A DNA stretch of 32,896 nucleotides from Callorhinchus milii (GCF_018977255.1 NW_024705589.1:1-32896), one strand, 5' to 3'. Positions 21,241-32,896 are shown, counted from the stretch's first letter. Notes: generated from the letters alone by a model not told the origin. Numbers and translations are program-made.

Positions 21241-24200
21241 CTGAAAAATACAGACGTAAATGATGAAACAGATGAACTCTTAAAGCAAACGTTAGATGAA
21301 CTGGGTGTTCAGGATGTAAATGTATGTGATTTAGAGAAAAATAACAAGGCTGACAATGGCAACCTTTTTCGTGAGTTCATGAAGGCTGTATTAACTTGCT
21401 GTGAAGTCAAAAATAATCTGAAAATGATATCTGAAAATGTCACAGATTTAAATATTAAAATTGATGCAAATTACATAAAACGTCAAAGGAGTGCAGAAGC
21501 GATCAAAGATATTCTGCAAAAAATGGGAGCCTGTAAAGATGTCCGTGAAAATTGTTTTTCTTGTCAAGGTGAAACGTTGTGGCACAAATGGTCAGACACA
21601 GAAAAAGAATTGTGTCGGTTGAAGAAGGGACTCGGTCCTGAATATATGAACCAATTGAGAACGACAAAACAAAATCTCCGCCTTGAACAAATGAAACAGA
21701 TTACACCAACAATGACAGAATTTATTTCAAACATTTCAAAATTTGATGAAGAAGAGTGTAAACTGTTCATACATGGGCTGGAACTTGAACTGAATGATAA
21801 AACAAGAAGAACAATGCGTGAAGAAAATAAAAACGTCAATGCATGTGGTGCTCATGACATAAGCAAAGAGCTTCAACCATCAAATATGAAGTCGTCTTTG
21901 TCTACCGTTGGTTTGGAGCATTTCTTTCGTGAAGTTGCACAGATCTATGAAGCATCTAAAGAGTGCAAGATGCATCAAGATTACAAGAACCTTTCAGCTC
22001 GTATGGCACATTTGTTTCTGGATGGATTTCCCATGGAGCTCCTAGATGGAGACGCTGGATGCATTCCCATTGACTGGGTCACAGACGTGTTCGGAGAAGT
22101 AAACAACATTCTATTAGGAGAAGTACACAACATTCTGAAACGAGACCCCCGCATATTTGTGCTGTCTGTGCTGGGCGTGCAGAGCTCGGGGAAGTCCACG
22201 CTGCTCAACACCATGTTTGGGCTGCAGTTCGCAGTGAGTTCTGGTCGCTGCACACGCGGCGCATTCATGCAGCTCCTCCGCATTGACAATGAATTAACTG
22301 AAGAGCTCGGGTTTGATTTCATCCTGGTGATCGACACAGAAGGGTTAAAAGCTCTTGAGCTGTCAACACTCGAAAACAGCTATGAGCATGACAATGAGCT
22401 AGCAACACTGGCTATTGGTCTCAGCAATGCTACTATTCTCAATGTCAAGATGGAAAATGCAGAAGAAATGAAAGACATTCTGCAGATTGTTGTTCACGCT
22501 TTTTTGAGAATGACTGAAGGTGGAAAAAAACCTAGCTGTGTGTTTGTTCATCAGAATAGTGGAGGCATCTCTGCTCATCAGAAGAATAAACAGGACCAGG
22601 AACGTCTTCTTCAGATACTGAACGAGATGACTGAGGCGGCTGCAAAAATGGAAGAGAAATCGATGTATTATAAACAATTCACAGATGTTATAGATTATGA
22701 TGCAGAAAATGACAAATGGTACATCCCTGGACTCTGGGCTGGTGGTTCATCTAGGGATCGGGTCAGTTGTACATATAGTGATGAGATATGGAAACTAAAA
22801 AAACACCTTCTCGAAAAATTCAAAAAACGTGCATAGTTGGACAACATTTACACGTTGCCAGAATTCAGTGCATGGATAACGACGATGTGGACAGCAATGA
22901 AAAAAGAAACTTACGTCTTCCATTTCCGGAACTTTCTTGTTCTTGAAGCATACAACACGTTATGCACTGCATATACAGGATGGGAATTAAAGCTTCGTAT
23001 GCATATGATTTCCTGGATGCAAGATGTGTCCAATAAAGTAAAGCGTGCATCACATGACAAGCTTCAAAATTTGAAAAGAAGTCTCGATAAAGATGTGAAT
23101 GATGAAATTTTAAAACAACAATGTATATTTAAGGACTGTTTGTCAGATTTTTTTAAGAAGGGTTCTGGAAAAACCACCCTTGTTGAGAAGTACAGAGAGG
23201 ATTTTCTCATTAGTGTTCGACAATTGTGCTCTGTGGTGTCAAATGAGACTCTTAGCAAATGCAAGGAGTGCATCGATACACATGAATGCCTAGAATCTTA
23301 CAGAAATGTAGAAACTCAATACAAACAAACTATAGGCGGGAAAGTTAAAAGGGTCTTGGAAAACTGCACACATTCAGACAAAGGATTGGACGAAGAGCAA
23401 CTTCAGAAGATATTTAATGTAATTTGGTCTGAAACGGTTTCTGATCTCAAGAGAATTACATTGCAAGAATGTGACGTGAAACGTGACATGGAAAAAGCAT
23501 TGCTTTCTTTGGCGAAGACAGATGCCGGTCTCTTCAAGGAAGGTTGCAAAGTTGTTCTTGGTCTGATATGGGAAGAAAATATTTTAAGACACTTAAAACC
23601 CACTCCAGTGGAATGCATAATAAAGCAAATTCATTTGAAGAAAAAACTGCACTAGACAGCATTGTAAATCTCTCCAGTGACATTATTGATAAATGCAAAC
23701 AATTCATAACAACCAAAGCACATGCTGCCACAGATTACTGGCCAGCTTACTGTGATGAACTGCTGCAGCAAGTAGATTTGATTTTGAAAAACACACCCGA
23801 TGATGACAAACAATACAGTAAAAGTTTCGTAATAGACATCAAGATGTATGTTTGCTCCATTGCCATCGAACCTTTCACAAAGCAACACGAGCGTATTCTC
23901 AAGGAAAACGACCCATCGACTCGACTTGAAGAAATTAAAAGATCATATTTCAATTTGCTGACATCAATGTGTAAAACTGAAGATGGAAAACAAAGAAATG
24001 TTATCGCCCTTTGTGATGGATGCCTTAAACCCGCATTCTTGGCTGTTCTGAAAGAACAATTAGGGACAATTATTGTCCAGGACATGATGAAAAACATTGT
24101 TCTTTCAAATCGTAAAGCACTTCAAGCGACTATGTTGTCGTCCGTATTGAACGGAAACAACTTTAACACCTTAATCAGTTTCATCCACGACTCCAACGCC

Positions 24201-25216
24201 TTCACTATATCAGCTATAAAGGGTCTCATCATAGAGCATTGCACACAAAGGGATGAAAATAAAGAAGAGAAGCTCTATAACATCCAATGCTTTGCACAAC
24301 CTATTCTAGATGGGATCATGGCAAAATTAAACAATGCGATATTAAAAGAAACTGAACACACTGAATATATTACAGTGGCTGATTTGTTAGAAAAACTAAA
24401 ATCTAATCTCATAAAAGACATCGTCATGAAATTTGACTTTCTTCAAATTGTAGGACCCCACACTCTTGAAAACCCAGACAAGATCAAAGAGTTTACTAAA
24501 GAAGTTGGTGAGGGAATTAAGCGAGTGAGCTCCGAAATTCTGAAATATTTGTGTGGCTTGGAAAACCTTAACAAGTTATTGGATGAAATGCCAGTGAAGC
24601 CACATGAAGAGATATTCAAGACCGTGTCTGGCTGTGGGCAACATTGTCCCTTGTGCAAGGCCCCTTGTGACCGTGGTGGCAGTGCTCACAGGGAGCACGG
24701 GCAGCGATGCATTACCCTCAAGGGCTGTGCGGCAGGAAGTGTAGTGACGGAACTCTGATCGTCGATGTATGCACAACGTCTGTGGCTAAAAGCAAATGCT
24801 CATATCAACGAGCACACTCGTTCACTAACGAGGATACTAATAAAGAGTGGTATGAGTACAGGAACTATCGTGAAGTTAATGACTATTACAAATCTTGGGA
24901 CATTCCACCAGAGACCATTGACCCGGAGCCAGTTCTTTGGAAGTTTGTTTTCTCTAAATACAATGAAAAACTTGCCAAGAAGTATGAAACCAAATCAGCA
25001 AAACTCCCACAAGAATGGGGTCTTGTAACAAAGGAAGCTGTGGAAAACAACTTGAAAGAAAAATACGGGAAAATAGAAAATATAAACCTATTTTGGAATA
25101 TTATGAAGAAATTTACCATCGACTCTTTGCGATACATTGCACACGGTTTTGTGAACATTACTGGGATAAAAAAAAATCTCTCCAAACACCCAACTTCACA
25201 CACCGATTCGCACTAA
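21241..25216 (+). pseudogene. GVIN1: Interferon-induced very large GTPase 1-like (GVIN1/VLIG, URGCP-related), intronless, disrupted, 5'-incomplete
   Basis: LEHFFREVAQIYE, PMELLDGDA, G1 GVQSSGKSTLLNTMFG (22174), GRCTRG, DTEGL, HDNELAT, FVHQN, C-terminal GCGQHCPLCKAPC..H..H...HYPQGL and WKFVFSKYN; in-frame TAG 22834-22836; frameshifts at ~23543 and ~24700; orthology not established. Confidence 0.93.
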
Positions 25217-25703
25217 ATTCCCAGTCGAGTCAAATGATCCTTATAAATTATTTTTTCTCTACACTCCTACTTTGAGCGCATATAATATGAAGTCATCCAC
25301 AATCGATTATATTGATATAATACACCGAGGACCTTTATCACACTTCATCTTTTGAACATTTTGTATATCGGTCTGAAACCGTTTTACCTGGCAAAATCAC
25401 TTTCTCACTTTCCCCACCATATTTTCTCACCTAGGCCTCTCTTTATATAAAATTATAATAAACACAACTCTCCCCCTAAAATTACCTCGACAATCCCGCC
25501 TGAGGACCAGTATTCATGGGGATCAATTTGCCAAATTCTGCTCCTGTATGGTGATAGTGTCGGACAAGACAATCATGTCCATCACTGCACTCGGTCAATT
25601 ACCTTGCTAACTTTTGAGAGGGACTTTCAAACATTTTTTTTAGATACCAAAACACGTTCCGTCGGAGTGGGCAGGTAGGAACTTGGTTGGACAGCGCATT
25701 CGT

Positions 25704-25959
25704 GCACGACAGACAGACACATAATTCCTGGTGGGCAGTGTGGAACCTGTTGTTCCTACCTGTATAATTGTAGTGTGTCGTGTATAGTGTAGTGTGTAGG
25801 TTAAACGTTGCGTTTCATTCGGGCACCACGGGGTGACCAGTCCCTCCCCACCCAGCCCCACCCCTCTCACCCTCCACCCTCCCCTCCCCATATGCACGAC
25901 AGACAGACAAATAATCCCTTGGTGGGCAGTGTGAAACCTGTTGTTCCTACCTGTATAAT
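25704..25959. repeat. ~65-bp direct repeat pair (25704-25768, 25894-25959) within a ~300-bp insert
   Basis: GCACGACAGACAGACA.ATAAT...TGGTGGGCAGTGTG.AACCTGTTGTTCCTACCTGTATAAT occurs twice. Confidence 0.9.
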
Positions 25960-27970
25960 GTCATTGTAATCTTGTGATTTTGTGAGTGAACCGAAAATGT
26001 ATAAAAAAATAATTATAGCTTTAATAGCGTGTATATCAATATATTAATCATGTTCATGGTGTAAGAATGTACGTATTGCTTAACTTTTAAGAGCAAAGCC
26101 CGTGCAGGGACGTGGATCTCGGTGAATTATTTACTTTCTAGATGTACACTAATACTTACTCTCTACCTTGTAATGGTTTTGACTCGTTGCACCTTATGTT
26201 GTGAGCATCTCCATCACTGCTGGAGTTGCCCAAAGGGACCTTCCTAGATCCCTCGCACTCTGCTGGCACACAGCGACCCAACTGACTGATCCCAGCTTCC
26301 ACTGGCGCCTCCTTGAGCGAGCCAGGGTCTGAAAGCCGGGACTCTGGTACTGCCTCTGTTGGAATCATCCCAGGCCAGAACAACCCTTAATTTGGCTCCT
26401 TTCTACGGACCCATGCAACTCCCACGCATCCTACCCAGCCATCTCGCGTGTCTCAATACTCATTAACCCTGCATCCAACCACTACCCAAAAACATATGCA
26501 CTGTCACAAAACCCAGTTACACACTCGTTGTCAGCACTTCAGCCAGAGTGATTCTCTACATCACCAACCGCCTTGGAGACCAACATGCTCTGTACACGTT
26601 AGCATTTGTATCCACCATCTGTTTAATTCGATCCAGCTTCCAGCCTCAACTACCATGACACTCATCGTCACAACCATCCTCACCACAAAGGCCCCAGCTC
26701 AGTAATGCATAGGCACCCATTCGCCAGAATCATCACCCTCCACCTCCATTCCATGCCCACTCCGAAGAAGAAACTAACCATTGGAACTTGGACAAGTCCA
26801 GCCTGAGACCACCTCTGAAGAATCGTGACACCACTGGGACAATCACCTTACTCAACTTTAGGGACTTTTCAAACATGTTTTAAGATACCAAATATTGTCA
26901 TTGTAATCTTGTGATTTTGAGAGATGAACCGAAAATATATGATTTTTTTATTATAGCTTTAATAGCTTGTATATCAATATATTAATCATGTTCATGGTGT
27001 AAGAATTATACGTGTTTTTAAATTTTAAGAGCAAAGCCCGTGCAGGGACGTGGATCTCGGTGAATTATTTACTTTCTAGATGTACACTAATACTTACTCT
27101 CTACCTTGTAATGGTTTTGACTCGTTGCACCTCATGTTGTGAGTATCTCCATCACTGCTGGAGTTACCCAAAGGGACCTATCTAGATCCCTCGCACTCTG
27201 CTGGCACACAGCGACCCAACTGACTGATCCCAGCTTCCACTGGCGCCTCCTTGAGCGAGCCAGGGACTGAAAGCCGGGACTCTGGTACTGCCTCTGTTGG
27301 AATCATCCCAGGCCAGAACAACCCTTAATTTGGCTCCTTTCTACGGACCCATGCAACTCCCACGCATCCTACCCAGCCATCTCGCGTGCCTCAATACTCA
27401 TTAACCCTGCATCCAACCACTACCCAAAAACATATGCACTGTCACAAAACCCAGTTACACACTCGTTGTCAGCACTTCAGCCAGAGTGATTCTCTACATC
27501 ACCAACCGCCTTGGAGACCAACATGCACTGTACAAGTTAGCATTTGTATCCACCATCTGTTTAATTCGATCCAGCTTCCAGCCTCAACTACCATGACACT
27601 CATCGTCACAACCATCCTCACCACAAAGGCCCCAGCTCAGTAATGCATAGGCACCCAATCGCCAGAATCATCACCCTCCACCTCCATTCCATGCCCACTC
27701 CGGAGAAGAAACTAACCATTGGAACTTGGACAAGTCCAGCCTGAGACCACATCTGAAGAATCGTGACACCACTGGGACAATCACCTTGCTCAACTTGAGG
27801 AACTTTTCAAACATGTTTTAAGATACCAAATATTGTCATTGTAATCTTATGATTTGTGAGATGAACCGAAAATGTCTGATTCTTTTTTTTAATGAAAGCT
27901 TTAAGGCTTGTATATCAATTTATTAATCATGTTTATGGCGTAAGAATGTACGTATTTCTTAAGTTTTAAG
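25959..27970. repeat. Tandem duplication with ~938-bp period (two full units plus a partial third)
   Basis: TGTCATTGTAATCTT starts at ~25959, ~26896, ~27834; near-identical ORFs at 26448 and 27386. Confidence 0.95.
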
Positions 27971-28406
27971 GCCTGATTGGTCTTCAATTTACGCTTCAAT
28001 TTATTTGCGAATTGTTACTTCATGTGATTAAACACGACCCCTTCCATAGCACTGCTGGTTTGGTTTATTTGTCGTAATCTTTCATCCACATGAAACCGAA
28101 CAACGCTACCGCTCCACCCCCACCCTCCAAGCATGTGAGGCAATAGGGGCATGGTGCGTTCCTGCAACATGCGAGCACACTTTTGGGTTTTGCTATTTCT
28201 CTGCATCAAGCATTGGCTGGAAACGACGTACAAGTATCCAAATATATGACCTGCGATATGAGGTGGTGTTACTTGCCCTGGTTAAGATTTATTTGAGGAC
28301 ACTTATCACACTGGTGTGTCCGTTTTGAGTGTACGTGTGTGTTTTTGTTGATATGTGTGTTTTTGTTGATATGTGTGTTTGTACATCTTTGTATGTGTTT
28401 TAGCGC

Positions 28407-30170
28407 ACTAAGGTGCCAACTGTTGAAGTACTAAAGGCGATCCAGAGTCTGAGACCAGAAAAGGCACCGGGGATAGATGATCTCCCAAGCGAAATGCTGA
28501 GGGAGGATGGCGTTTGTGCACAGCTGCCCTACGTGACATCATAACAACAGTCTGGACCACTGGACGGGTTCCGCAGGACTGGAAGGATGCCCTGGTGGTC
28601 CCCTCTTTAAGAAGGGGGACCGCACAGACTGTAACAACTACAGGGGCATCTCACTCCTCAGTGTGCCGGAAAAGGTCCTGGCAAGGATTCTTCAACATCT
28701 CCTTGCTAGGCACACCGAGAAGAGGCTTGCGGAGCCCCAATGCGGTTTCAGTAAAGGGCGGTTCAGCACCGATGCCATATTTTCTGTCCGTCAAGGCCTA
28801 TGATACCATCAGTAGGCTTGGGCTTTGGGTCATTCTTCGTGCTTTCAGAGTCCCTGACCCTCTGCTCACGATCATTAAGGACCTTCATGATGGTGAGCAG
28901 GCCCGGGTATTCACTGTTTACCTTGGGGTGCAACAGGGATGTCCTATGGCTCCATTCTTTAACGTCTATTTCGACCACGTAGTTTGTGAAGCCTTTGATG
29001 GCTGTACCGGAGGAATTTCCATCTGGTACAGATACAATGGGAGGCTGATCGATGCCCGGGTGTGGTAAAGGGATGGCTCCCTATTGGTCAACCACGTTAT
29101 GTATGCCGATCTGGTAATTGCCGCTCACTCAGAGGAAGAGTTGGAGGTGCTGCTGCTGAACCTGGAGCATGCCACTAAGAGGTGGGGCCTTACCATCAGC
29201 CCCACCAAAACTAAGCACCTGCCTGGGTATTTTGTACCATCGGACACTCCACCCCCCCGCAACTCCCAATTGGTGATGGGGCAGTTGTGGAGAGAGTGGA
29301 GAGTTTCCTATACCTGGGCAGTGTGCTCATGACCAGCTCCAGTTTGACAGCAGAAGTCTCACTCCGAATCAGTCGAGCAGCATTATCTTTTCATGGGTTG
29401 TGTAACGCTGTGTGGAAGCTACCTGGTCTGTCGCTCCGCACGAAGTTTCAGGTCTTCTCGGCCACAATAATTAATTTCCTTCTCTACGCTTGCGAAACGT
29501 GGACCCCCTAATGGAACATCTTTGCTGGTTATAAACATTTAGGCTGGCCTGCCTACGATCCATCCTGGGTTTAACCAGGCTGGATTGTATGAGGAGCTCA
29601 CAAATCCATGAACGATCTGGGCAAAGTCCCATCGGTGAGCTCTTCCGGCAGGCAAGGCTGCGTTGGCTGGGTCATGTAGCCCGCATGCCCAGTCACCGCA
29701 TGCCTAAACAGCTTTTGTTTGGCCGGATAGAGGGGGCTAAACGGGAGGGGCATGGGCTAGAGAAGATATGGAGTGATGTGGTACAGGAGGACGTGGAGCT
29801 GAGTGGACTTGCCGATGACTACTTCCAGCGGTGTCAAGATCGGCATCTGTGGAGGAGGCTCGTGAAGTACACTACTGGGCAGTTGAAGACAGTCGCCCTC
29901 CAACAACAACGGAGGCCGGAGAAGTGATGCTCACAACAATGAGCGGAGCGCCGGGTGGCTAAAGCACAGCAAGTTGGCACAGTAGGGGACACAGGTGGTG
30001 CATCAGCCAGTCATCTCAGTCAGTCGACCCATGGCAACTGGGTCTGCCCTGTCATCTCCTGCCAGCGGGCGTTCGACACTTCACGTGGCCTCAAGGTGCA
30101 CATAGCCTGGCATAAGCATCACGTGGTGACGTCACAACCACTTAGTGGCAAATGGTGGTTGTTGTTGTTG
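28407..30170 (+). mobile_element. 5'-truncated RTE-clade LINE: RT, post-RT domain, C-terminal C2H2 zinc finger, (GTT)n tail; many frameshifts and deletions
   Basis: VPQDWKDALVVP, KAYDTISR, GVQQGCPMAP, MYADLV, FLYLGSVL, LLYACETWT, RLRWLGHVARMPSHRMPKQLLFG, CPVISCQRAFDTSRGLKVHIAWH. Confidence 0.93.
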
Positions 30171-30171
30171 G

Positions 30172-30472
30172 TACACTGCAGAATGAACCGGGCGACTAAA
30201 GTTTGATTCCCGCTCATGGCAAACACCATTCACGATTATCTGAACCGGTCCTTGGCTTCCCCTAGGTCAACTCGGCTTCAAATGAGTATCTGGTGCGATG
30301 TGTAAACATCGCCACTCAGCAGACAAAGGCAAACGGGCAAGGTGCTGGCCACCCACCAGCTCGTGTGCCATGCCAGCCTTCTTCATAGGTGCTGCTCGCT
30401 AATAGCGATTGCCATAACAGTCTGCTAAAGTCTATACGGGGGATCTTTGTGCTTGAGTGTATTTGTGTGTCT
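30172..30472 (+). mobile_element. tRNA-derived SINE (5' end clipped)
   Basis: Degenerate B box GTTTGATTCCC and body shared with the other copies. Confidence 0.85.
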
Positions 30473-30687
30473 TACCTACAAAGTAATTTTGTCTCTCTCT
30501 GTCTGCACACGCCTTCAACGATTTTAACTGACAAACTGTTGGGTTTACGTTTCGACCAAGTACACAGATACACTCTAATCCCCTGTACGAAAACGCGCTC
30601 TTTGTTTTCCATCAAATGTAAACTAATAAAATAACACCTTATATCAATTACGCTGATCGTGGCGCCAAAAGCACGCCTCTGCGCATG

Positions 30688-31251
30688 TGTAGAGGTGTTA
30701 CGGAGGGCTTAACAAACACACTGGGCGTGGTTATGCCTGTACGCCAAGAGGTGCTTACATCGACGTCCGCACCATTCATCCTGGGGGCTGACACGGAGCT
30801 GGGATCCCCACGGCCCCACCCCTCAGTGGGGGAGTTGCTATATAAGGCGGTGAGCTGGAGGGCTCGGGGTTCAGTGTTCAGCCTTAACCAGTGAAGCAAG
30901 AAGACCTGCTAGATAGGCCCTGGGAATCCCTTGGATCGCTGTCCTTCTCAGGACCGACCAGGGCAAGCCAGTGGCGTGGCCCCAAGAGCCCAGAGCCGAT
31001 GCTCTTGTAAGAGCCGGTCTGGGGACTCAGGGTGCCGTAATCCCAGCTTAACCAGGGCTGGGTTAGCTAGCCTCCCCTAGCCCGGTAGTGGAGGACCTAG
31101 GAGTAGGCGAGCTGTGTTGATCTCCCAGTTAGACGGGTGAAGGGGCCGATACCCCTTCAAGTGTTGTACATCTCGGCCTGTTATGTACTTTGTGCTTAAT
31201 AAATAAGTGTGCCTCCAACTACGTCGTCCAAGTCTCCTGGAACCTACTACA
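30688..31251 (+). mobile_element. 5' LTR of a Ty3/Gypsy retrotransposon
   Basis: TGTAG...CTACA termini, TATATAA 30839-30845, AATAAA 31198-31203, followed by PBS; second LTR lies outside the window, so the 5' boundary is inferred. Confidence 0.8.
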
Positions 31252-31253
31252 AC

Positions 31254-31268
31254 TGGCGTCAGAAGTGG
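31254..31268 (+). promoter_or_regulatory. Primer binding site, tRNA-Leu-like
   Basis: TGGCGTCAGAAGTGG, 2 nt after the LTR end; one mismatch to TGGTGTCAGAAGTGG, the complement of a tRNA-Leu 3' end. Confidence 0.8.
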
Positions 31269-31278
31269 TCTTCTAAGG

Positions 31279-32802
31279 ATGGATACAAGACGGACGGCTC
31301 GTACTAGGGAACCGGGGGAGGAGGAAACCTCGGCCGACTCAGAGCCCGAGATTGCGGAGGGCGAATCCAAGCAACCGGGGCCGAGTCCACCCACACCGCA
31401 ACGGCAGGACGGGTGGGGACCGTCGGCTGACGGACTACGGCTGGCTCACTCCCGCCTGGCGGAGCTACTCTACGCGGCAGCCGCCACGTTGGAGGAAATC
31501 ACTCGCCTGGGGGCTGGAGGAGCTGCACGGGGCGACGACGGACGACACGTGGCGCCGGTTCCCGCCATTTCTACGGGCCTGGAAGTCGGATTTGCCGCCA
31601 TCAGTACAGTGGGTGCTGAGGGCAGGGCCGGGCTACGTCAGGCGACCGACTCTCGCCAACCAGGAACCGCCACGTCATCAATGGCGGCCGGCATGTCACC
31701 AGAAGAGCGACCGCCGATGGCACCCGCCCTTCCCGCCAAAACTGTGCGGAGTGGCGGGAACGACGGGGCGCGATCTTCGACTGCGGACGCCGCGTTACAG
31801 CAGCGATTACCACCTCTAAAAGAGTTCGTGGGGGAAGACGGTGACTGGGGAAGCTTCCGAAGACGCTTCCTCGCTCACCAAGAAATGGCACAATGGACGG
31901 ATGACGAGGCACTACGCGCGCTACCGGCGATGCTCGACAGTGACGCCCTCGCTACCCTCACCTCGGCGCCAAGAGCGAAGCGCGCCACGCTGCAAATGGC
32001 GCTTCAACTCCTGTCTGCAGTCTATGGACCACCTTCGGACTGCAGGCAGCTGTTCTACGATCGCCAGCGGGGCGCCAAGGAATCGCCTCTGGCATACCGC
32101 ACAGCTCTCCTGGCCCTAGCGAAGGCGGCTTTCCCTCGGATGGACGAGGAAGGGGTGGATGCCATGGTGGCAGAGAAGATACTGCTGTTGGCGGACGATT
32201 TGGACATTGTCGTCTTGGCGCAAGACGACACGGAGATGTGTTCCCTGCGGGCCGCGCGGCACATCCACGCTAACTTGCTGTCCCAGCGTCGCAAGGCCAG
32301 CAAGGCGGCGGCCGGGCATACCGTGGCTGCAACCACCCTCCCATCGGAAGAGGTCTGCGCTGTGGATCGCCCGATGGAGTGGAGAGCCGGGGGACGACCG
32401 GCTCGGGACGGACCGAGCCGCCAGGATCAGCCCAAGCCGTCTGGGGCGCTCACGCGCTGCTACAACTGTGGCCTCCGGGGCCATGTGGCTTCGGGATGCC
32501 GGGCTCCTCGACAGCGCGGAGCGACGCCTCGGCCGGACGTCGCGCCTCTACCCAAGCCTCACCAGCAAACTCCGGCGAGTCGTGGCACCCCACATGTTTG
32601 GCCTACGCACACACCTGTGACACACTCACGCACTGCAACGAACGGGGGTCAAAATTGCCTGTCGTCGCGCCGAAACGTGCCACAGTGGGGAGTGCATTCC
32701 AACCGGGCCAGTGGTCCGAGTTGGCCCATCGTGTTGTTGCCGCGTCGTCAGGGTCGTCGGTCGTTGTGGGGCATATTGATGGGGTTGAGGTGCGGGTCTT
32801 AG
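31279..32802 (+). CDS. gag: Ty3/Gypsy Gag (capsid-like domain and CCHC zinc knuckle)
   Basis: First ATG after the PBS; LPPLKEFVGEDGDWGSFRRRF, RQRGAKESPLAYRTAL; CYNCGLRGHVASGC at 32458-32499. Confidence 0.9.
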   Translation: MDTRRTARTREPGEEETSADSEPEIAEGESKQPGPSPPTPQRQDGWGPSADGLRLAHSRLAELLYAAAATLEEITRLGAGGAARGDDGRHVAPVPAISTGLEVGFAAISTVGAEGRAGLRQATDSRQPGTATSSMAAGMSPEERPPMAPALPAKTVRSGGNDGARSSTADAALQQRLPPLKEFVGEDGDWGSFRRRFLAHQEMAQWTDDEALRALPAMLDSDALATLTSAPRAKRATLQMALQLLSAVYGPPSDCRQLFYDRQRGAKESPLAYRTALLALAKAAFPRMDEEGVDAMVAEKILLLADDLDIVVLAQDDTEMCSLRAARHIHANLLSQRRKASKAAAGHTVAATTLPSEEVCAVDRPMEWRAGGRPARDGPSRQDQPKPSGALTRCYNCGLRGHVASGCRAPRQRGATPRPDVAPLPKPHQQTPASRGTPHVWPTHTPVTHSRTATNGGQNCLSSRRNVPQWGVHSNRASGPSWPIVLLPRRQGRRSLWGILMGLRCGS

Positions 32803-32896
32803 TTGATATGGGAGCATCGGGAACTATTGTGTCCGATTTGATTTATAACATTCTCCCCGTTCAAAGCCGACCTTTGCTCCCCGTTGATGTTTCATG
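32760..32896 (+). CDS. pol: Retropepsin (aspartic protease) start of pol, -1 frame relative to gag, truncated by window end
   Basis: VVVGHIDGVEVRVLVDMGASGTIVS; this frame is open from 32274 to the window end. Confidence 0.85.

Noticed and set aside
22834..22836. Programmed stop-codon readthrough in the GTPase
   Set aside because: Two downstream frameshifts make simple decay or sequencing error more parsimonious; no readthrough context recognised
26448..27643. Two near-identical 85-aa ORFs as duplicated genes
   Set aside because: Consequence of the tandem duplication; GTG starts and no coding features
30660..30670. TGGCGCC as a tRNA-Lys PBS of a second LTR element
   Set aside because: Match is short and no LTR CA terminus lies immediately upstream

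Overview
Repeat-rich eukaryotic (animal) genomic DNA, not a prokaryotic window. The repeat content and GVIN-type gene suggest a vertebrate, possibly a lamprey (inference only). Contents: (1) microsatellites and minisatellites, plus two arrays of tRNA-like monomers (1-208, 6987-7495); (2) a candidate pair of spliced 3' exons of an unidentified gene (257-305, 3080-3180); (3) decayed RTE-clade LINE copies, one tRNA-derived SINE family, an internally deleted hAT element (8959-10471) and Penelope-like pLTR fragments carrying minimal hammerhead motifs, one as a near-perfect palindrome with a 12-bp flanking direct repeat; (4) a 30-N gap followed by a ~6.8-kb block (14453-21240) that looks statistically random and may be an artefact; (5) a disrupted GVIN1/VLIG-like very large GTPase gene (21241-25216; one nonsense codon, two frameshifts, N-terminus absent); (6) a mosaic ~938-bp tandem duplication; (7) the 5' LTR, PBS, gag and protease start of a Ty3/Gypsy element running off the window. 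I cannot support a wholly new biological system. The best leads are the hammerhead-bearing palindrome, the tRNA-Thr-like arrays, the nested palindromes at 5449-6493 and the GC-rich patch in the GTPase gene.
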